Shown: in pieces, positions 53,501 through 64,000 of the stretch
Position numbering within the stretch: position 1 is the first letter of the stretch
Layout: every line of letters starts with the position of its first letter
From: Naegleria gruberi
Taxonomy: Eukaryota
DNA length: 64,000 nt
NCBI GenBank assembly: GCA_000004985.1
Contig: GG738900.1
Reading direction: 5' to 3' (one strand)
Made by a program: the position numbers and the translations under genes
The notes under the pieces: model-generated
Seen by the model: only the letters and a program-made list of their open reading frames with translations
What the model was told of the DNA's origin: nothing
Database searches by the model: none

Positions 53501-56382
53501 ACGACAAGGAAAAGCAAAAGATCTACATTGATCAACAAATTGCCGAAGTCATCGATAGAAAGAAGAAGAATACCAGCTTTGACTCAGATGCCGATCGTTT
53601 GATTTGTCTGATTGAAAACGCCAAAGCATTGGGAATTTATGAAGGCAAAATCCAAAAGACATTCGAAGAAAATACCAAAGATTTCATTACCAACAAATCC
53701 AACAATCACAATTTCAAGTCAGTTATTGAACAAACTAGAAAGGATATTGAGAGTAATCATTCTAAACTCAAGAAGGAAATTGAAAAGGTCAAGATTGGAG
53801 CTGAAGGTTATACCAACATTGATAAGGCCCTCGTTGATGAAGCTGAAAAGGTCCTCAAGGAAATTGAAAATATCAGAAAGTACCAAAAGAAATTGAATAC
53901 TATTCTTGATAAGACTGAAAAGGGAGTTTTCAAATTGGAAGAAGCTCAATATCTCATTGAAAAGTGTAAGAAAAAGTTGGCTAGTAAACGTAAAGGATAC
54001 GGAGAAACAAAGGACTATAGAGAGTTGACCAAGAGAGCTAACAATACATACAATGAACTCAAACGTGAAACCAAGAGAATTTACAAACAAGAAGCTTCAA
54101 ACATTGCTTTGACTTTGAAGAAACTTCTCGACGATCAACAATACGACATGTTGAGACAAAAACTTGCCCAAATCAATACTGCAGAAATCAAACCAGCTCT
54201 TGTTGCAGAACTTCCTGAACTTCAAAAGATCATTGATGAAGTTGTTGACAATTTGAATACCTTTGACTTTATGAGAAAGTTGTCTGGTGTTGGTGTTGAA
54301 AAGGAATACTCCTACAAGGATGTTGAAAAGGTTCTCAAATTTAAAGAATTTGCTGAGAGAAATCCACGTGAACTCTCTGAAGAACAACAAGAATCACTCG
54401 AAAAGATTGAAAAGAAGGTTGCTATGGAATTCAAACTCTACAATGAAATCCAAGAAGAAAAGAAGAGATTTAAGGATATTTCAGCTGAAATTTTCAATTT
54501 CCAAAAGGTTGAAATTTTATTAGAAAATGTTTCGGATATTCCTTCCTTGGAAGATGAAGCAATTGAATTAGCAAACATGGTGAGAATGAAGAAGACTTTC
54601 AACATGTATGTTAGAGAAATTCAAAAGAGAAAGGCAACAGCAAGAAGCTACGATGACATTTTGAGAAAGGCCTCAAAGGAGAACATTGATGTGAATATTC
54701 TTGTTGGTGCTGCAATGACTCAAAAGACAAACGATGTTCAATTGGAAGATGAGTTGAATGAATTGATTAGAAGAAAGGACTTGAAGAAATTACAAGATTT
54801 CATTGGTAAGAATTCAGATACCATGCCAAGAAATTTACTCAAAATGGCAAATGCCAAGTTGAACAATTTGAGAAGAGAAAATATGTCACCTCTTGAATTG
54901 ATTGAACAAATTAACAATGCTATTGACGTTCATGCTAAGGAAGAATTGTTAAATGCAATTGAAATTGCTAACAAATTATTGAACGAAGATATTGCTGAAC
55001 AATCCAAGACTCAACTTCAAAATGCCATCGAACGTGCCCAAGTAACCATCAAGGAAATTACAAACAAGGAAAATATCGAAAAGATCAAATTGTATCCACA
55101 AGAATTCATGAAAGAAGCTTTGCATTCTGATGATTTTGATGAAATTGATGTTGAAAATGATTCATTCAACATGACAAGAAAGCTTCGTCAAGTTCAAGGG
55201 CTCACCGATTACTCATCCTTGTCCAGAGAGGAAAAACAAAAGTACCTCTTTGAAATATTCCAAAGCAAGAGCATGAATTCAGATAATGAACTGTTACAAA
55301 GATTGACTTATCATGTCAACAAGCTCAGAGCTTTCTGTGAATCAAGAGAAGGCTCACATTCTGAAGAGGAAATGTATGTCGTCGAGAGAGACAATGTATT
55401 CGGCCAAAACTTGATCAAAGTTCTCTACGATATTTTGAATCACAAGACAAAGAAACGTTTCTTCTACTTGTCTAAGGATCCATATGAAATTCTGAGTGGT
55501 TTGAAGGCATCCAATGATCACATTGGTAAACTTGTCGATTCATTTGATTCTAACGAATTGGTTAAAAGATTGAAGAAGGAAAAGAAAAACGAAGCTCTTT
55601 CAGTCCAATTTATTTACTACCTCCTCTCTGAACGTTCTTTCATGTTTGTGGTTGAATTATTGTTAACATCTGACGCCTACCTAAAGGATTGCTACGAATT
55701 GGATTCTGTAGTTCTTGATAGAAGATACAGAGATGATATTTACCCACTCATGTCATTATTGGCCATGTTCCAATTCACATTCTCACTTAGATCATCAACT
55801 GATGTGTTGGCTGCTTCTCCAGTTTCCAGACTGAAAGGTATTGTCAGATCGATTGTACACTACTTTGTATCGAATAGAACTGAAACTAAATCTAATTTAG
55901 AACTCAGTGGCAAGGAAGATTGGGAGAAGAGTAACATTGGTGAGCTGATTCGTAAAAAGTTGGTACCAACAGTTGCAGAAATATTCAATCACAAGTTCAA
56001 GAGTGGTTTCATTTCAAAATATCACATTTGGCAATTCATTCAAGATGTTGCTGAACAAAAGAGAATCAGTGCTATTGACATTGGAGGTATCAATTTACCA
56101 ACTGCAATTGATTTTGTGAACGAGGCAGTTGATAATCCTTTAGACTTTGACTTTAAATTCGAGACATTTATTTGTTACGCTTTGAATAGAGGTCTTATGG
56201 CTGAATTCTTTGAAAGTATCTTGAAGGACAGATCATTCCTAGCTAAGTATTATGACCAATATGCTCTAGTATTAGATAAGGATGTTATCGGTAACACTGT
56301 CAAATATTTCGAAATCATTTCTCAATTACCATTCGATTTAATAGAATCCTCTGAAAAGTATAACCAAAAATATAACCAATAA
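50533..56382 (+). CDS. large (~1.9k aa) PH/GRAM-like domain and coiled-coil protein, 2 exons
   Basis: Exon 1 (50533-50583) encodes MTKDTIKVDFRLHQSGN with a GTAAGT donor. A 120-nt intron follows. Exon 2 from 50704 encodes LIEGFLKKKGKNLINRAPLRYVIVRKDGLYYFD... Three PH-like segments are followed by about 1000 aa of K/E-rich coiled coil. Confidence 0.6.
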
Positions 56383-56386
56383 AAAT

Positions 56387-57157
56387 TTAACTTAATGCTC
56401 CTGATTTTGCTAATTTATCAGCCATTTCATTTCCATAAATATTTGTGTGACCTGCAACATAGGTAAATTTAACATCTGTCTTTTTGTTAATTTCAGCAAT
56501 TAATTCTCTAAATAAATCCAAATTTTGAATGTCTTTTTTAGAAGCAGTCTTCCAATCATTCTTTTCCCAAACAAATCTCCACAATGTCATTGCATTTATC
56601 ACATATTTTGAATCTGTCAAAATTTCCACATATTCCTCATTTGGAAGTAATTTAAGAGCAATTGCTGCTGCCTTAATTTCAGCTCTTTGATTAGAAGGTG
56701 GACCTTCTAAATATCCACTATAATTCAAAGGATCATCATCTCCAAAAAAGCAGCCAACTCCAGCAATACTATTTTCACTTCCATTAGCAAAACAACATCC
56801 ATCTGTATAAACTTGTCTATATACAGCACCACTCTTCACCTTCTTCTTTTTAGGAGATGCTGTTTCACTATCATTCGATGAAGAAGCCACAGTCGAGGAA
56901 GAAGAAGCACCTTCCGAAGCTGAACTCTTTCTCTTGAGTGATTTTTCAGATGATTCCGAAGAAGCAACTTCAACAACAGGTGATGCTGATTTACTCTCCT
57001 CATCAATAAACTTTTGTGCTTGTTCCATACTGGTGAATGATTTGAATTTTGCTCCAGAGAAAGCCTTCACTTGAGCTTCACATTCTGGCCAGGTTTTATA
57101 AATTCCAGGAGTTCTTCCCTTTGCGACTGCATAATATTTACGTTGTTGTGGAGGCAT
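56387..57157 (-). CDS. ribonuclease H1 (hybrid-binding domain plus RNase H catalytic domain)
   Basis: The hybrid-binding domain reads MPPQQRKYYAVAKGRTPGIYKTWPECEAQVKAFSGAKFKSFTSMEQAQKFI. The catalytic domain reads VYTDGCCFANG..GVGCFFGDDDPLN..GPPSNQRAEIKAAAIALK...ILTDSKYVINAMT...GHTNIYGNEMADKLAKSGA, with DEDD residues present. The track ORF extends upstream to 57397 via a non-ATG start. MPPQQ at 57157 is the first ATG. Confidence 0.85.
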   Translation of the reverse strand: MPPQQRKYYAVAKGRTPGIYKTWPECEAQVKAFSGAKFKSFTSMEQAQKFIDEESKSASPVVEVASSESSEKSLKRKSSASEGASSSSTVASSSNDSETASPKKKKVKSGAVYRQVYTDGCCFANGSENSIAGVGCFFGDDDPLNYSGYLEGPPSNQRAEIKAAAIALKLLPNEEYVEILTDSKYVINAMTLWRFVWEKNDWKTASKKDIQNLDLFRELIAEINKKTDVKFTYVAGHTNIYGNEMADKLAKSGALS

Positions 57158-57495
57158 GGTTAGGCAATTAATGTTCGTATTGGCCAATAATAATAAATTA
57201 TTCTTCTTCTTATTCAATAATAGACAATAATTAATATCTCGTTTCAACTCTACGGAATTATTTCCAACAAGCAATGATGAGGAAGAGGAATTTTGTACAC
57301 TCAATAATAATGGAGAACTCTCCAAAAAATTGCAATTTCTTATTGTTGTGGATGTTTGTTTAAATTTAAAAGAAAAAACTCTCAATACGTTTTTCATTCA
57401 ATTTTTTTCAAATTTAATTTTGATTTATTTTGATTTTTCTTGAGAAGAAATAATTGGAATTCTTTTGATTTCAATAAATAATGAATGGATTTTAT

Positions 57496-59745
57496 TTAAT
57501 GGTGAGAGTGACCATGATCACAATCATCCAAACAACCCATCATGGTTGGAAGTGGGAACATTGACATGAAAATTCTTCGAATGACAATTTCCAAAAATCC
57601 TCGATTTCTTTCCTCAACACATTCGATAATTTCACCCATGCTAGAGACCTTTACAATGACCTTATCTTCCTTATCTACAACATCAATTTCTCTATTTTCT
57701 GAGAGTCTACATGTGCATTCTCCAAAATGTTCTTTAAGCATTTGTTGAATGCAATATAACATTTTCAATTCATCCTTTCCTTCATCGAGTAAACTTTCAT
57801 GGAAAGATTTGTCAGTATATAAGATTAAATTACAGATACTATCAACAATAGTGTCATTTGCTGCACTACTTGGCCATTCAATGACACCACATGGTGTCTT
57901 TTCTTGTAATCTCAATTCAATTCTGACAACACCATCAATGAAAATGACAATAGGTTTGGCAGCTTCTGCAGCAAACTCTATTGGAGTATATTTGATGTCT
58001 TCCTTCTTGTCATCTGTTGTGTCCATAATTTCTGATTTAACTTGAACTTCGGTAGGTTCGGTTTCCAAAGTTACATTGCTAAATACTGATCTAATTAATT
58101 GTTCATATGGTACTGTATCATTCAATGGTACAAGGAGTGTTTGCTTAACACCAGAGCAACAAACATCAGAGTACAATTTAAGATCCTTTTCGTTCAAAAG
58201 TAAATGTTGGAAATTGTGATGCAAAAGAATACCATTAATTTCGTCACCATCTTCATATTTTGTAACTGCAAGTTGACCTAAAACCTTGGCTCTCTTTTCA
58301 CCTTGGAACATAATATTAATGCTTGTACAATTCTTTGGTGCATAAACCTTGCTGTCTGTAAACTTGCTTTGAAGTGAATGCTTCAAACGATTGCAATTAG
58401 CAAGATCTCCGTGTACTAAAATAATGTGAGGAGGTTTGATAGTTCCAATAAATTCCTCTGTTTGTGCCTTATCAGAGTGAGCAGAGAATGAAATAGTTCT
58501 CACACTCATTCTCAATGGAACTGTATTACCATTTGAAAGTGTAACAGTTTCAGGTTCACTCATAATTTTCTTAGCAAGTGTACCATCAACTGAATAACCA
58601 GCAATGATAACACCATTCTTGGCATCTTGACACCACAATTCAAACAATTCCTTTGACAAACCAGATTGAAGCATACCAGGACTGGCCATAATGACACAAG
58701 GACCATTATCTTGGAAGTCTTCAATAGATCTCAAATTACTGATATGCTTAAAAACGAAAGGATTGTGAATATCAAATTGTTTTCTAATCTTGTCATTCAT
58801 CATGTTAATATAAGTTTGGAAAATGGTCATACATTTCTTAGCAAGGGAAGAAGCATAATAAATAGGAATATGTTGTAAATCTTGATGTGTTTCCCAAAAT
58901 TCATCTAGAATGAGAAGAAGCTCTTGTGCTCTTCCCAAAGCAAATACGGGTATAAGACAACGACCTCCTCTCTTAACAATTTCAGTAACCATTTGTGTAA
59001 AACGTTTTTCTCTTTCAGATTGACTTTCATGTACTTGAATACCATAAGTAGATTCTACAATAAGAACATCAGGTGACATTGTTGGTGTTTCAGCTCCTAG
59101 TAAATGTCTATCTGGTTGCCTAGAAAAGTCTCCTGTATATAAAACTCTTACACCTGCAATTTCTACCATAAACATGGCTGCTCCTAATACGTGTCCAGCA
59201 TTATAACACCAAAATTTAATTCCATTATGTTCCAATTCTTGATGATAATCAATAAGTTCAATTTTCTTCAGTGAATCAAGTAAATTTTGTTCTGTGAAAA
59301 GTTGATCATCTACATGAACATCACTCACTTTAACAAAGTCAGTCAACAATAATTTATAGATAGCTTTAGTAGGGTGAGTCATGAATACTCTTCCTTGGAA
59401 ATTTGTATGTTCAGTAAAGTAAGGAAGTGCTCCGCAGTGATCCAAATGAAAATGTGTTACTAAAACTAAATCAATTTCACTAGGTTCTATCGTATCAAAG
59501 AAAGGAAGACTAGCCATACCAGTGAATGCAGGGTGAATACCACAATCAAAAAGAACAGTCTTTCCCTTGAATTGTAGAAGGACTGCACTTCTTCCGACTT
59601 CATTTCCTGCTCCTAATGGAGTTACAACTAATTTTTCTCCGTAAATATATTGTGTGTGAGGTGTGTTTTTTGTGATGGTAACAGGTTGTGGTGTTGCCGA
59701 TGACGATGATGGTGGAGGATTTGATGAAGGAGTGTTTGAAATCAT
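57496..59745 (-). CDS. cleavage and polyadenylation specificity factor 73-kDa subunit (CPSF3; metallo-beta-lactamase / beta-CASP endonuclease)
   Basis: Near-colinear identity to CPSF73: GAGNEVGRSAVLLQFKGKTVLFDCGIHP, HFHLDHCGALPYF, FWCYNAGHVLGAAMFMVEIAGVRVLYTGDFSRQPDRHL, IPVFALGRAQELLLILDEFW and IYYASSLAKKCMTIFQTYINMMNDKIRKQ. Confidence 0.9.
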   Translation of the reverse strand: MISNTPSSNPPPSSSSATPQPVTITKNTPHTQYIYGEKLVVTPLGAGNEVGRSAVLLQFKGKTVLFDCGIHPAFTGMASLPFFDTIEPSEIDLVLVTHFHLDHCGALPYFTEHTNFQGRVFMTHPTKAIYKLLLTDFVKVSDVHVDDQLFTEQNLLDSLKKIELIDYHQELEHNGIKFWCYNAGHVLGAAMFMVEIAGVRVLYTGDFSRQPDRHLLGAETPTMSPDVLIVESTYGIQVHESQSEREKRFTQMVTEIVKRGGRCLIPVFALGRAQELLLILDEFWETHQDLQHIPIYYASSLAKKCMTIFQTYINMMNDKIRKQFDIHNPFVFKHISNLRSIEDFQDNGPCVIMASPGMLQSGLSKELFELWCQDAKNGVIIAGYSVDGTLAKKIMSEPETVTLSNGNTVPLRMSVRTISFSAHSDKAQTEEFIGTIKPPHIILVHGDLANCNRLKHSLQSKFTDSKVYAPKNCTSINIMFQGEKRAKVLGQLAVTKYEDGDEINGILLHHNFQHLLLNEKDLKLYSDVCCSGVKQTLLVPLNDTVPYEQLIRSVFSNVTLETEPTEVQVKSEIMDTTDDKKEDIKYTPIEFAAEAAKPIVIFIDGVVRIELRLQEKTPCGVIEWPSSAANDTIVDSICNLILYTDKSFHESLLDEGKDELKMLYCIQQMLKEHFGECTCRLSENREIDVVDKEDKVIVKVSSMGEIIECVEERNRGFLEIVIRRIFMSMFPLPTMMGCLDDCDHGHSHH

Positions 59746-60087
59746 TTTTTTTAATTTATTTAAATCGTCTTCATATTATTATTTAATGTTGTCTACAATA
59801 CTGCAAAGAATCATTGTTGTGATGAATCTTTAAATACACCTTCAATCAAACAGAATGAGATGATCTTTATAATATTGGTGGAGAAATCCGAGGTGGATTT
59901 GTCATCTTGAAGCTGGATTGATTTGTTGAAAAGCTCAATTTTTGTTGTATAACAATTTAAACATTTAAATCTCAACTCTTCCGAGCTCAACTTTCCCATT
60001 TATCTTAACAAAACACATTCCAGCTTTCTTCATCACTACATATTAATCAAAAAATAAATATTTTTAATTTTTTTATTAATTTAAAAA

Positions 60088-60459
60088 ATGCTCTTCAAAT
60101 CACTCGCTCGTTCTCAAGCCAGCAGACAAATCATCGCTAGAAATTTTGCTGGTGTTAGATCTTTCCAAACTAACATTGCACAAAGAGGAGGTGGTCATCA
60201 TGACGAACATCACGACTCTCATCATGATGAACATCATCACGAAGAACCATATACGGATAATGATGGTAGACTCTTTGGTATTGCTCAAGGAGAACAATAT
60301 AAATCACAAGGATGGGAAAAGAGATTCCTCCCACTCATGTACGGAGGTGTTCTTCTTTTAGTTATTGGTCTTGCTTTCAAGCCAGATTATAGCGTTCAAA
60401 GTTGGGCTAAAGAAGAAGCACTCAGAAGAAGAGCTGCCCGAACATCTCAACAAGAATAA
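60088..60459 (+). CDS. small mitochondrial single-pass membrane protein with a His-rich segment (possibly complex I ESSS/NDUFB11-like)
   Basis: The N-terminus MLFKSLARSQASRQIIARNFAGVRSF looks like a presequence. It is followed by HHDEHHDSHHDEHHHEE, one TM helix (FLPLMYGGVLLLVIGLAF) and a basic C-terminal tail. The family call is weak. Confidence 0.45.
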   Translation: MLFKSLARSQASRQIIARNFAGVRSFQTNIAQRGGGHHDEHHDSHHDEHHHEEPYTDNDGRLFGIAQGEQYKSQGWEKRFLPLMYGGVLLLVIGLAFKPDYSVQSWAKEEALRRRAARTSQQE

Positions 60460-60655
60460 TTCTTTAAATTTTGTATGATAATAATAGAGGATTTAAACTT
60501 GTTTGGGTATGATTTGGCTCTTTGTAACCCGATAGAGGGAATATTTATTAATAATAACAACATAATTTCTAAAAGATAATATGAACACTAGTATTATTAT
60601 TGAAAAGTTATTTTCGGATGAATGTTTATTATGATATCGCATAATGTACAAAAAC

Positions 60656-63613
60656 TTAGTCTTGTCTGCAAATACAGAGATCTGGATTGGTTTCAAATCC
60701 TTTAACCTTATCGCAAATTACAGTTTCTCTATTTCTGACTGATTCATCATGATGTTCAACGAGAGAAACACGACGAACAGCAATTAATTTGTCCAGTGTT
60801 CTTTCTGATGTCATTGAATAATCTGCTTCAAAAACGTCATCTGTTTGAGTAGTAAACAAAACAGAAGTGTAGGCGCTTACTGTTCTTCCCTCTGATTCCT
60901 CAGGTAATTGTAAGGTAATTCTGCTAGCTTTGAGGACAGATTTGGATTCAATTGGAAGACAAGTTTCCTTATGTGGTTTTACAATCTTGTTGACATAGGA
61001 TACAGCAGATTTCACAATCGTAGAAACAATAGCAGAGTATGGTTGAGTATTGAAATCAAGCGTTTCATACTTGTTACAAGAACACCATCTTGGATCAACT
61101 CCAGCATGTTTACAGAATCTTGGATTGTGGATTGGCTGTAAGATAGATTTAGCAAGGGCTTCATACTCATCCTTCTCTTCCTTTTCTTCTTGTTCAGTAC
61201 TCACATGATGAATCAAACTATAGTGAGCTGGAAGCTCAACTTGAGGGAAGAGCATAAAATGAGCAAGTGAGGCATAGAGATCGAATGGTGTCACTAATTG
61301 TTGTTGATTACGAGCCAAATTAGTGAAAATATCCTTATGTCTCAATTGTAAATGTTCTGGAACAACTAAATTCAAAAGAGGAAGTTGGTGTTCCTTTTGG
61401 CCTACATCAGTAACATAGAATGGTCCATGTGAAATACCATTACCACTGGAAAGTACAATCAGAGTGTGTGGATGTTCTTTGGTAATATCAACAATGAATC
61501 TAGCCAATGAAATATCAAGAGCATTCATTAATGTACGACTTCTAATATGTTTTGACTCTTCAAAGTGAATAGTGGCAAAACGGGCAGTTCCAGGATACTT
61601 TGCAAAGAAGTCTGTAGTGTAGTCGAACATGTGCTCGAACAAGTCCTTTGATCCTAAACATTTTCTGTTATTTGAAGACTTGAATAAATGCTTTTCACAA
61701 GCTAATGAGAGCAAGTTGTGATCAGCACGATGCCAAGCATTGAAGAGATGTGAAGATGTGTCCATGAGTTTCTTCTTATTTGGATCCTTAACCTTGATGT
61801 AAGGACATTCACTTGATGTGAACATTGTAACGTAACCCAATTGTTTGGCAATATTCCAAATGTTGTGAGTAATTAACTTGCTTGAATCCCCTTCTTTGGC
61901 TCCAATTAAGGTTTCAGTCAAGAGTTTTTGTTGTCTTGCTGGTTCATCCTTTTCAAAGTTTCCAGATGTTTCTTCAAAGTAATTCTTCATAAAGGCAGGA
62001 GAAATCTTTAAGCCATTTTCGAGTGCGAAAATGTTTTCTCTTGAACTATGTCCAACAGTATTGTATCTGAAAAATTGGAAAACTCTATGCTTGCTTGGTT
62101 TTTTAAACATGGTTCGTTTTTGGTCCAATTCAATTTCTTCAAGAACATTAACAGTTCTTGGGAGTTCTCTAATGAAATTACTTCTAGAGGTTCCATCAAG
62201 AATAATATTCAAAATATTAACTGGGTGCATCATTTCGTATTCATATTCAATATTGGCAGCAAATTGATGATATTCATGTTTTGGTTTCTTAGATTGATCC
62301 TTCAAAGTCTTGTCAGTTTCTTCCAATTTTTTAACACGTTTAGTATAGGTTTCTTCTGCAGCTTTCTTAAGCTCAGGATTGAAAGCAACACGAGTTACAA
62401 TATCTCTTGAAGTCTTCTTTGCTTTATCGGAACCCTTGCTGCATTTGGCAACAATAATTTCAGTATCCTTAATTTGATCCTTGGATAATTTGATTACCTT
62501 CTTGGTTGGTTCAAATGTTAAAGAATCCAATTTCTTTTCCTTAATGTTAACAAAGGCACTTGGTGAAGTGGCAGTTCCATCACCATTTGAATCACGACTA
62601 AGAGCTAAGAATGGTTCGGATTTTGCATTTTCACAAAATATGAGAAATTCACTATCACTTCTCTTATTTAAGAGAGCACTAGAAGTACAATCTGGAGCAG
62701 TACTAATTAAAGTAGATGCCCAGTCAATTTGCAAATTTTCACTTTCAGTAATTTTTTCAGCATTAATCACTTCTTCATAATTTTCAGATCCAATCGGTTG
62801 AGTTAAATAGGTGTAAATAGTATTTGCAACCTTCTTGAGTAATTTCCCATTCTTACTTCTGAATGGAACAGGACAATCGGAGAGAGTAACCATTCTCTCA
62901 CCAAACATACCACGCCACATAAACTTTTCAGTTGGTGATGAATAGGTAGTATAATCCTCATGTACAATAGTTGTCTTTGATTCACCTTCTCTGATAACAT
63001 CATTCTCCTCCTTAGATCCTCTACGTGGTGTTCTTCTCTGTTCTGCTCTCTTACTATCATAGGTTTCATTCTGCTCATCATCTTCGGAAGTGTACTTGAG
63101 ATTTTTACTCTTATTCTCCCTTGAACGAACCCTCTCTAAAGCCTGATCATTATTGTTGGTGTATCGGGTTGGGTCATTGTTTTCTCTTCCGTAGCCTTTC
63201 AATTTGGCGCCATTATTGCTATTAAATAATTTACTGTAGACAAGATAACCCAAAACAAATGTAACAATCACAATGGCTAAACATATTAAAATATTGACTA
63301 GAAAACGTTTTTGTTGTTGCTGATTCTTAGGAAGTTTAGGATTGGTATACGTATAGTTTTTAGATGATGTTGTTGTTGTAGGATTGGAGGTTGAGGATGC
63401 TGAGTTGATGTTATTGGAAAATTCATGTCTACCCTCTTCCAATGAATCTGCACTATATGATGAATTAAATACAATTGGAGATGAAGAATTTGGAGTTGTA
63501 ATATTTGCAGTGAAAAGGGATCCACTATTTGGAGAATGTGTTGATGGTGAAGAAGGCGATGATGATCCACCCAGATGATATTTTGTACCTCTGTGATGTG
63601 TTTGGAAACTCAT
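60656..63613 (-). CDS. type II membrane protein with a large lumenal DUF229-like (alkaline-phosphatase/sulfatase-fold) domain
   Basis: First ATG is at 63613 (MSFQTHHRG..). A Ser-rich N-terminal cytosolic segment is followed by TM helix LVNILICLAIVIVTFVLGYLVY. The lumenal domain carries DUF229-like blocks: ILNIILDGTSRSNFIRELPRTV, FQFFRYNTVGHSSRENIFAL and HPHTLIVLSSGNGISHGPF. Confidence 0.55.
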   Translation of the reverse strand: MSFQTHHRGTKYHLGGSSSPSSPSTHSPNSGSLFTANITTPNSSSPIVFNSSYSADSLEEGRHEFSNNINSASSTSNPTTTTSSKNYTYTNPKLPKNQQQQKRFLVNILICLAIVIVTFVLGYLVYSKLFNSNNGAKLKGYGRENNDPTRYTNNNDQALERVRSRENKSKNLKYTSEDDEQNETYDSKRAEQRRTPRRGSKEENDVIREGESKTTIVHEDYTTYSSPTEKFMWRGMFGERMVTLSDCPVPFRSKNGKLLKKVANTIYTYLTQPIGSENYEEVINAEKITESENLQIDWASTLISTAPDCTSSALLNKRSDSEFLIFCENAKSEPFLALSRDSNGDGTATSPSAFVNIKEKKLDSLTFEPTKKVIKLSKDQIKDTEIIVAKCSKGSDKAKKTSRDIVTRVAFNPELKKAAEETYTKRVKKLEETDKTLKDQSKKPKHEYHQFAANIEYEYEMMHPVNILNIILDGTSRSNFIRELPRTVNVLEEIELDQKRTMFKKPSKHRVFQFFRYNTVGHSSRENIFALENGLKISPAFMKNYFEETSGNFEKDEPARQQKLLTETLIGAKEGDSSKLITHNIWNIAKQLGYVTMFTSSECPYIKVKDPNKKKLMDTSSHLFNAWHRADHNLLSLACEKHLFKSSNNRKCLGSKDLFEHMFDYTTDFFAKYPGTARFATIHFEESKHIRSRTLMNALDISLARFIVDITKEHPHTLIVLSSGNGISHGPFYVTDVGQKEHQLPLLNLVVPEHLQLRHKDIFTNLARNQQQLVTPFDLYASLAHFMLFPQVELPAHYSLIHHVSTEQEEKEEKDEYEALAKSILQPIHNPRFCKHAGVDPRWCSCNKYETLDFNTQPYSAIVSTIVKSAVSYVNKIVKPHKETCLPIESKSVLKASRITLQLPEESEGRTVSAYTSVLFTTQTDDVFEADYSMTSERTLDKLIAVRRVSLVEHHDESVRNRETVICDKVKGFETNPDLCICRQD

Positions 63614-64000
63614 CTTGTTTATATTGTGTGGTATGGTACAACAGAATAATAGGAAAGCTAGAGTCTGTGGTCCCAATTAATATTTGTTAATAATTCAGTC
63701 AGGATAATGACTCTGTTCTGGCGTGGTAACAATCTCTTTTTTTTGTGTAAATGTTTTGATTGACTGGTGATAGGTGCGTTTTTGTCCTTTGTTTTCTTAT
63801 TTACGAAGATGGTTGACAGACTTTATGACGAATGCCAGAGTAGACCATTGGTCAGAGCACGTGTTTCATCTCAATAATTGTGTATTCACATCCTAACTGA
63901 TCATCTCATCTTTTGCAGTTATTGTGTACATTGGAAAATCATTGTAGAATATCTAATCATTGAAAAATCATCAAAGTATCTTGTCAAATGCTTTACAAAT

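Noticed and set aside
57158-57397. N-terminal extension of the RNase H1 ORF (MKNVLRVFSFKFKQ...)
   Set aside because: The track starts at a non-ATG codon. The first ATG (MPPQQRKYY) coincides with the start of the conserved hybrid-binding domain. The extension is AT-rich, low-complexity, leader-like sequence.
59811-59999. 62-aa minus-strand ORF (MGKLSSEELRFKCLNCYTTKIELFNKS...) in the CPSF3 / mitochondrial-protein spacer
   Set aside because: It has a true ATG and could be a tiny gene, but there is no recognisable motif. It lies in a 340-bp putative bidirectional promoter. I did not annotate it, given the lack of support.
1-64000. Search for CRISPR arrays, operon-style polycistrons, phage or plasmid modules or defence islands
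   Set aside because: The window is eukaryotic nuclear DNA with spliceosomal introns, Pol III genes and eukaryote-specific proteins (SMEK, CPSF73, WDR46, Vps39). No prokaryote-type structures are present.

Overview
This is a eukaryotic nuclear window, not a prokaryotic one. It is AT-rich and gene-dense, with spliced genes whose introns have GTAAGT/GTACGT-type donors and AG acceptors, and two N-runs that are assembly gaps. Gene content includes SMEK/PP4R3, an RWP-RK factor, DUF4116 repeats, an NHL+EGF surface protein and a Zn2Cys6 factor. Together with Asn/Gln-rich low-complexity tracts and very AT-rich spacers, this suggests an amoebozoan, probably a dictyostelid social amoeba, but that is inference only.

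I can support about 40 protein-coding genes, most recognisable by family. I also find two dispersed 5S rRNA genes, two copies of tRNA-Glu(UUC) in a local segmental duplication, one intron-containing tRNA, a minisatellite and several perfect hairpins. The most interesting unexplained item is a two-copy, ~230-bp conserved element of unknown nature.

Two caveats apply throughout. The ORF track starts many ORFs at non-ATG codons, so I adjusted N-termini where the sequence allowed. Splice coordinates that I derived by eye may be off by a base or two.
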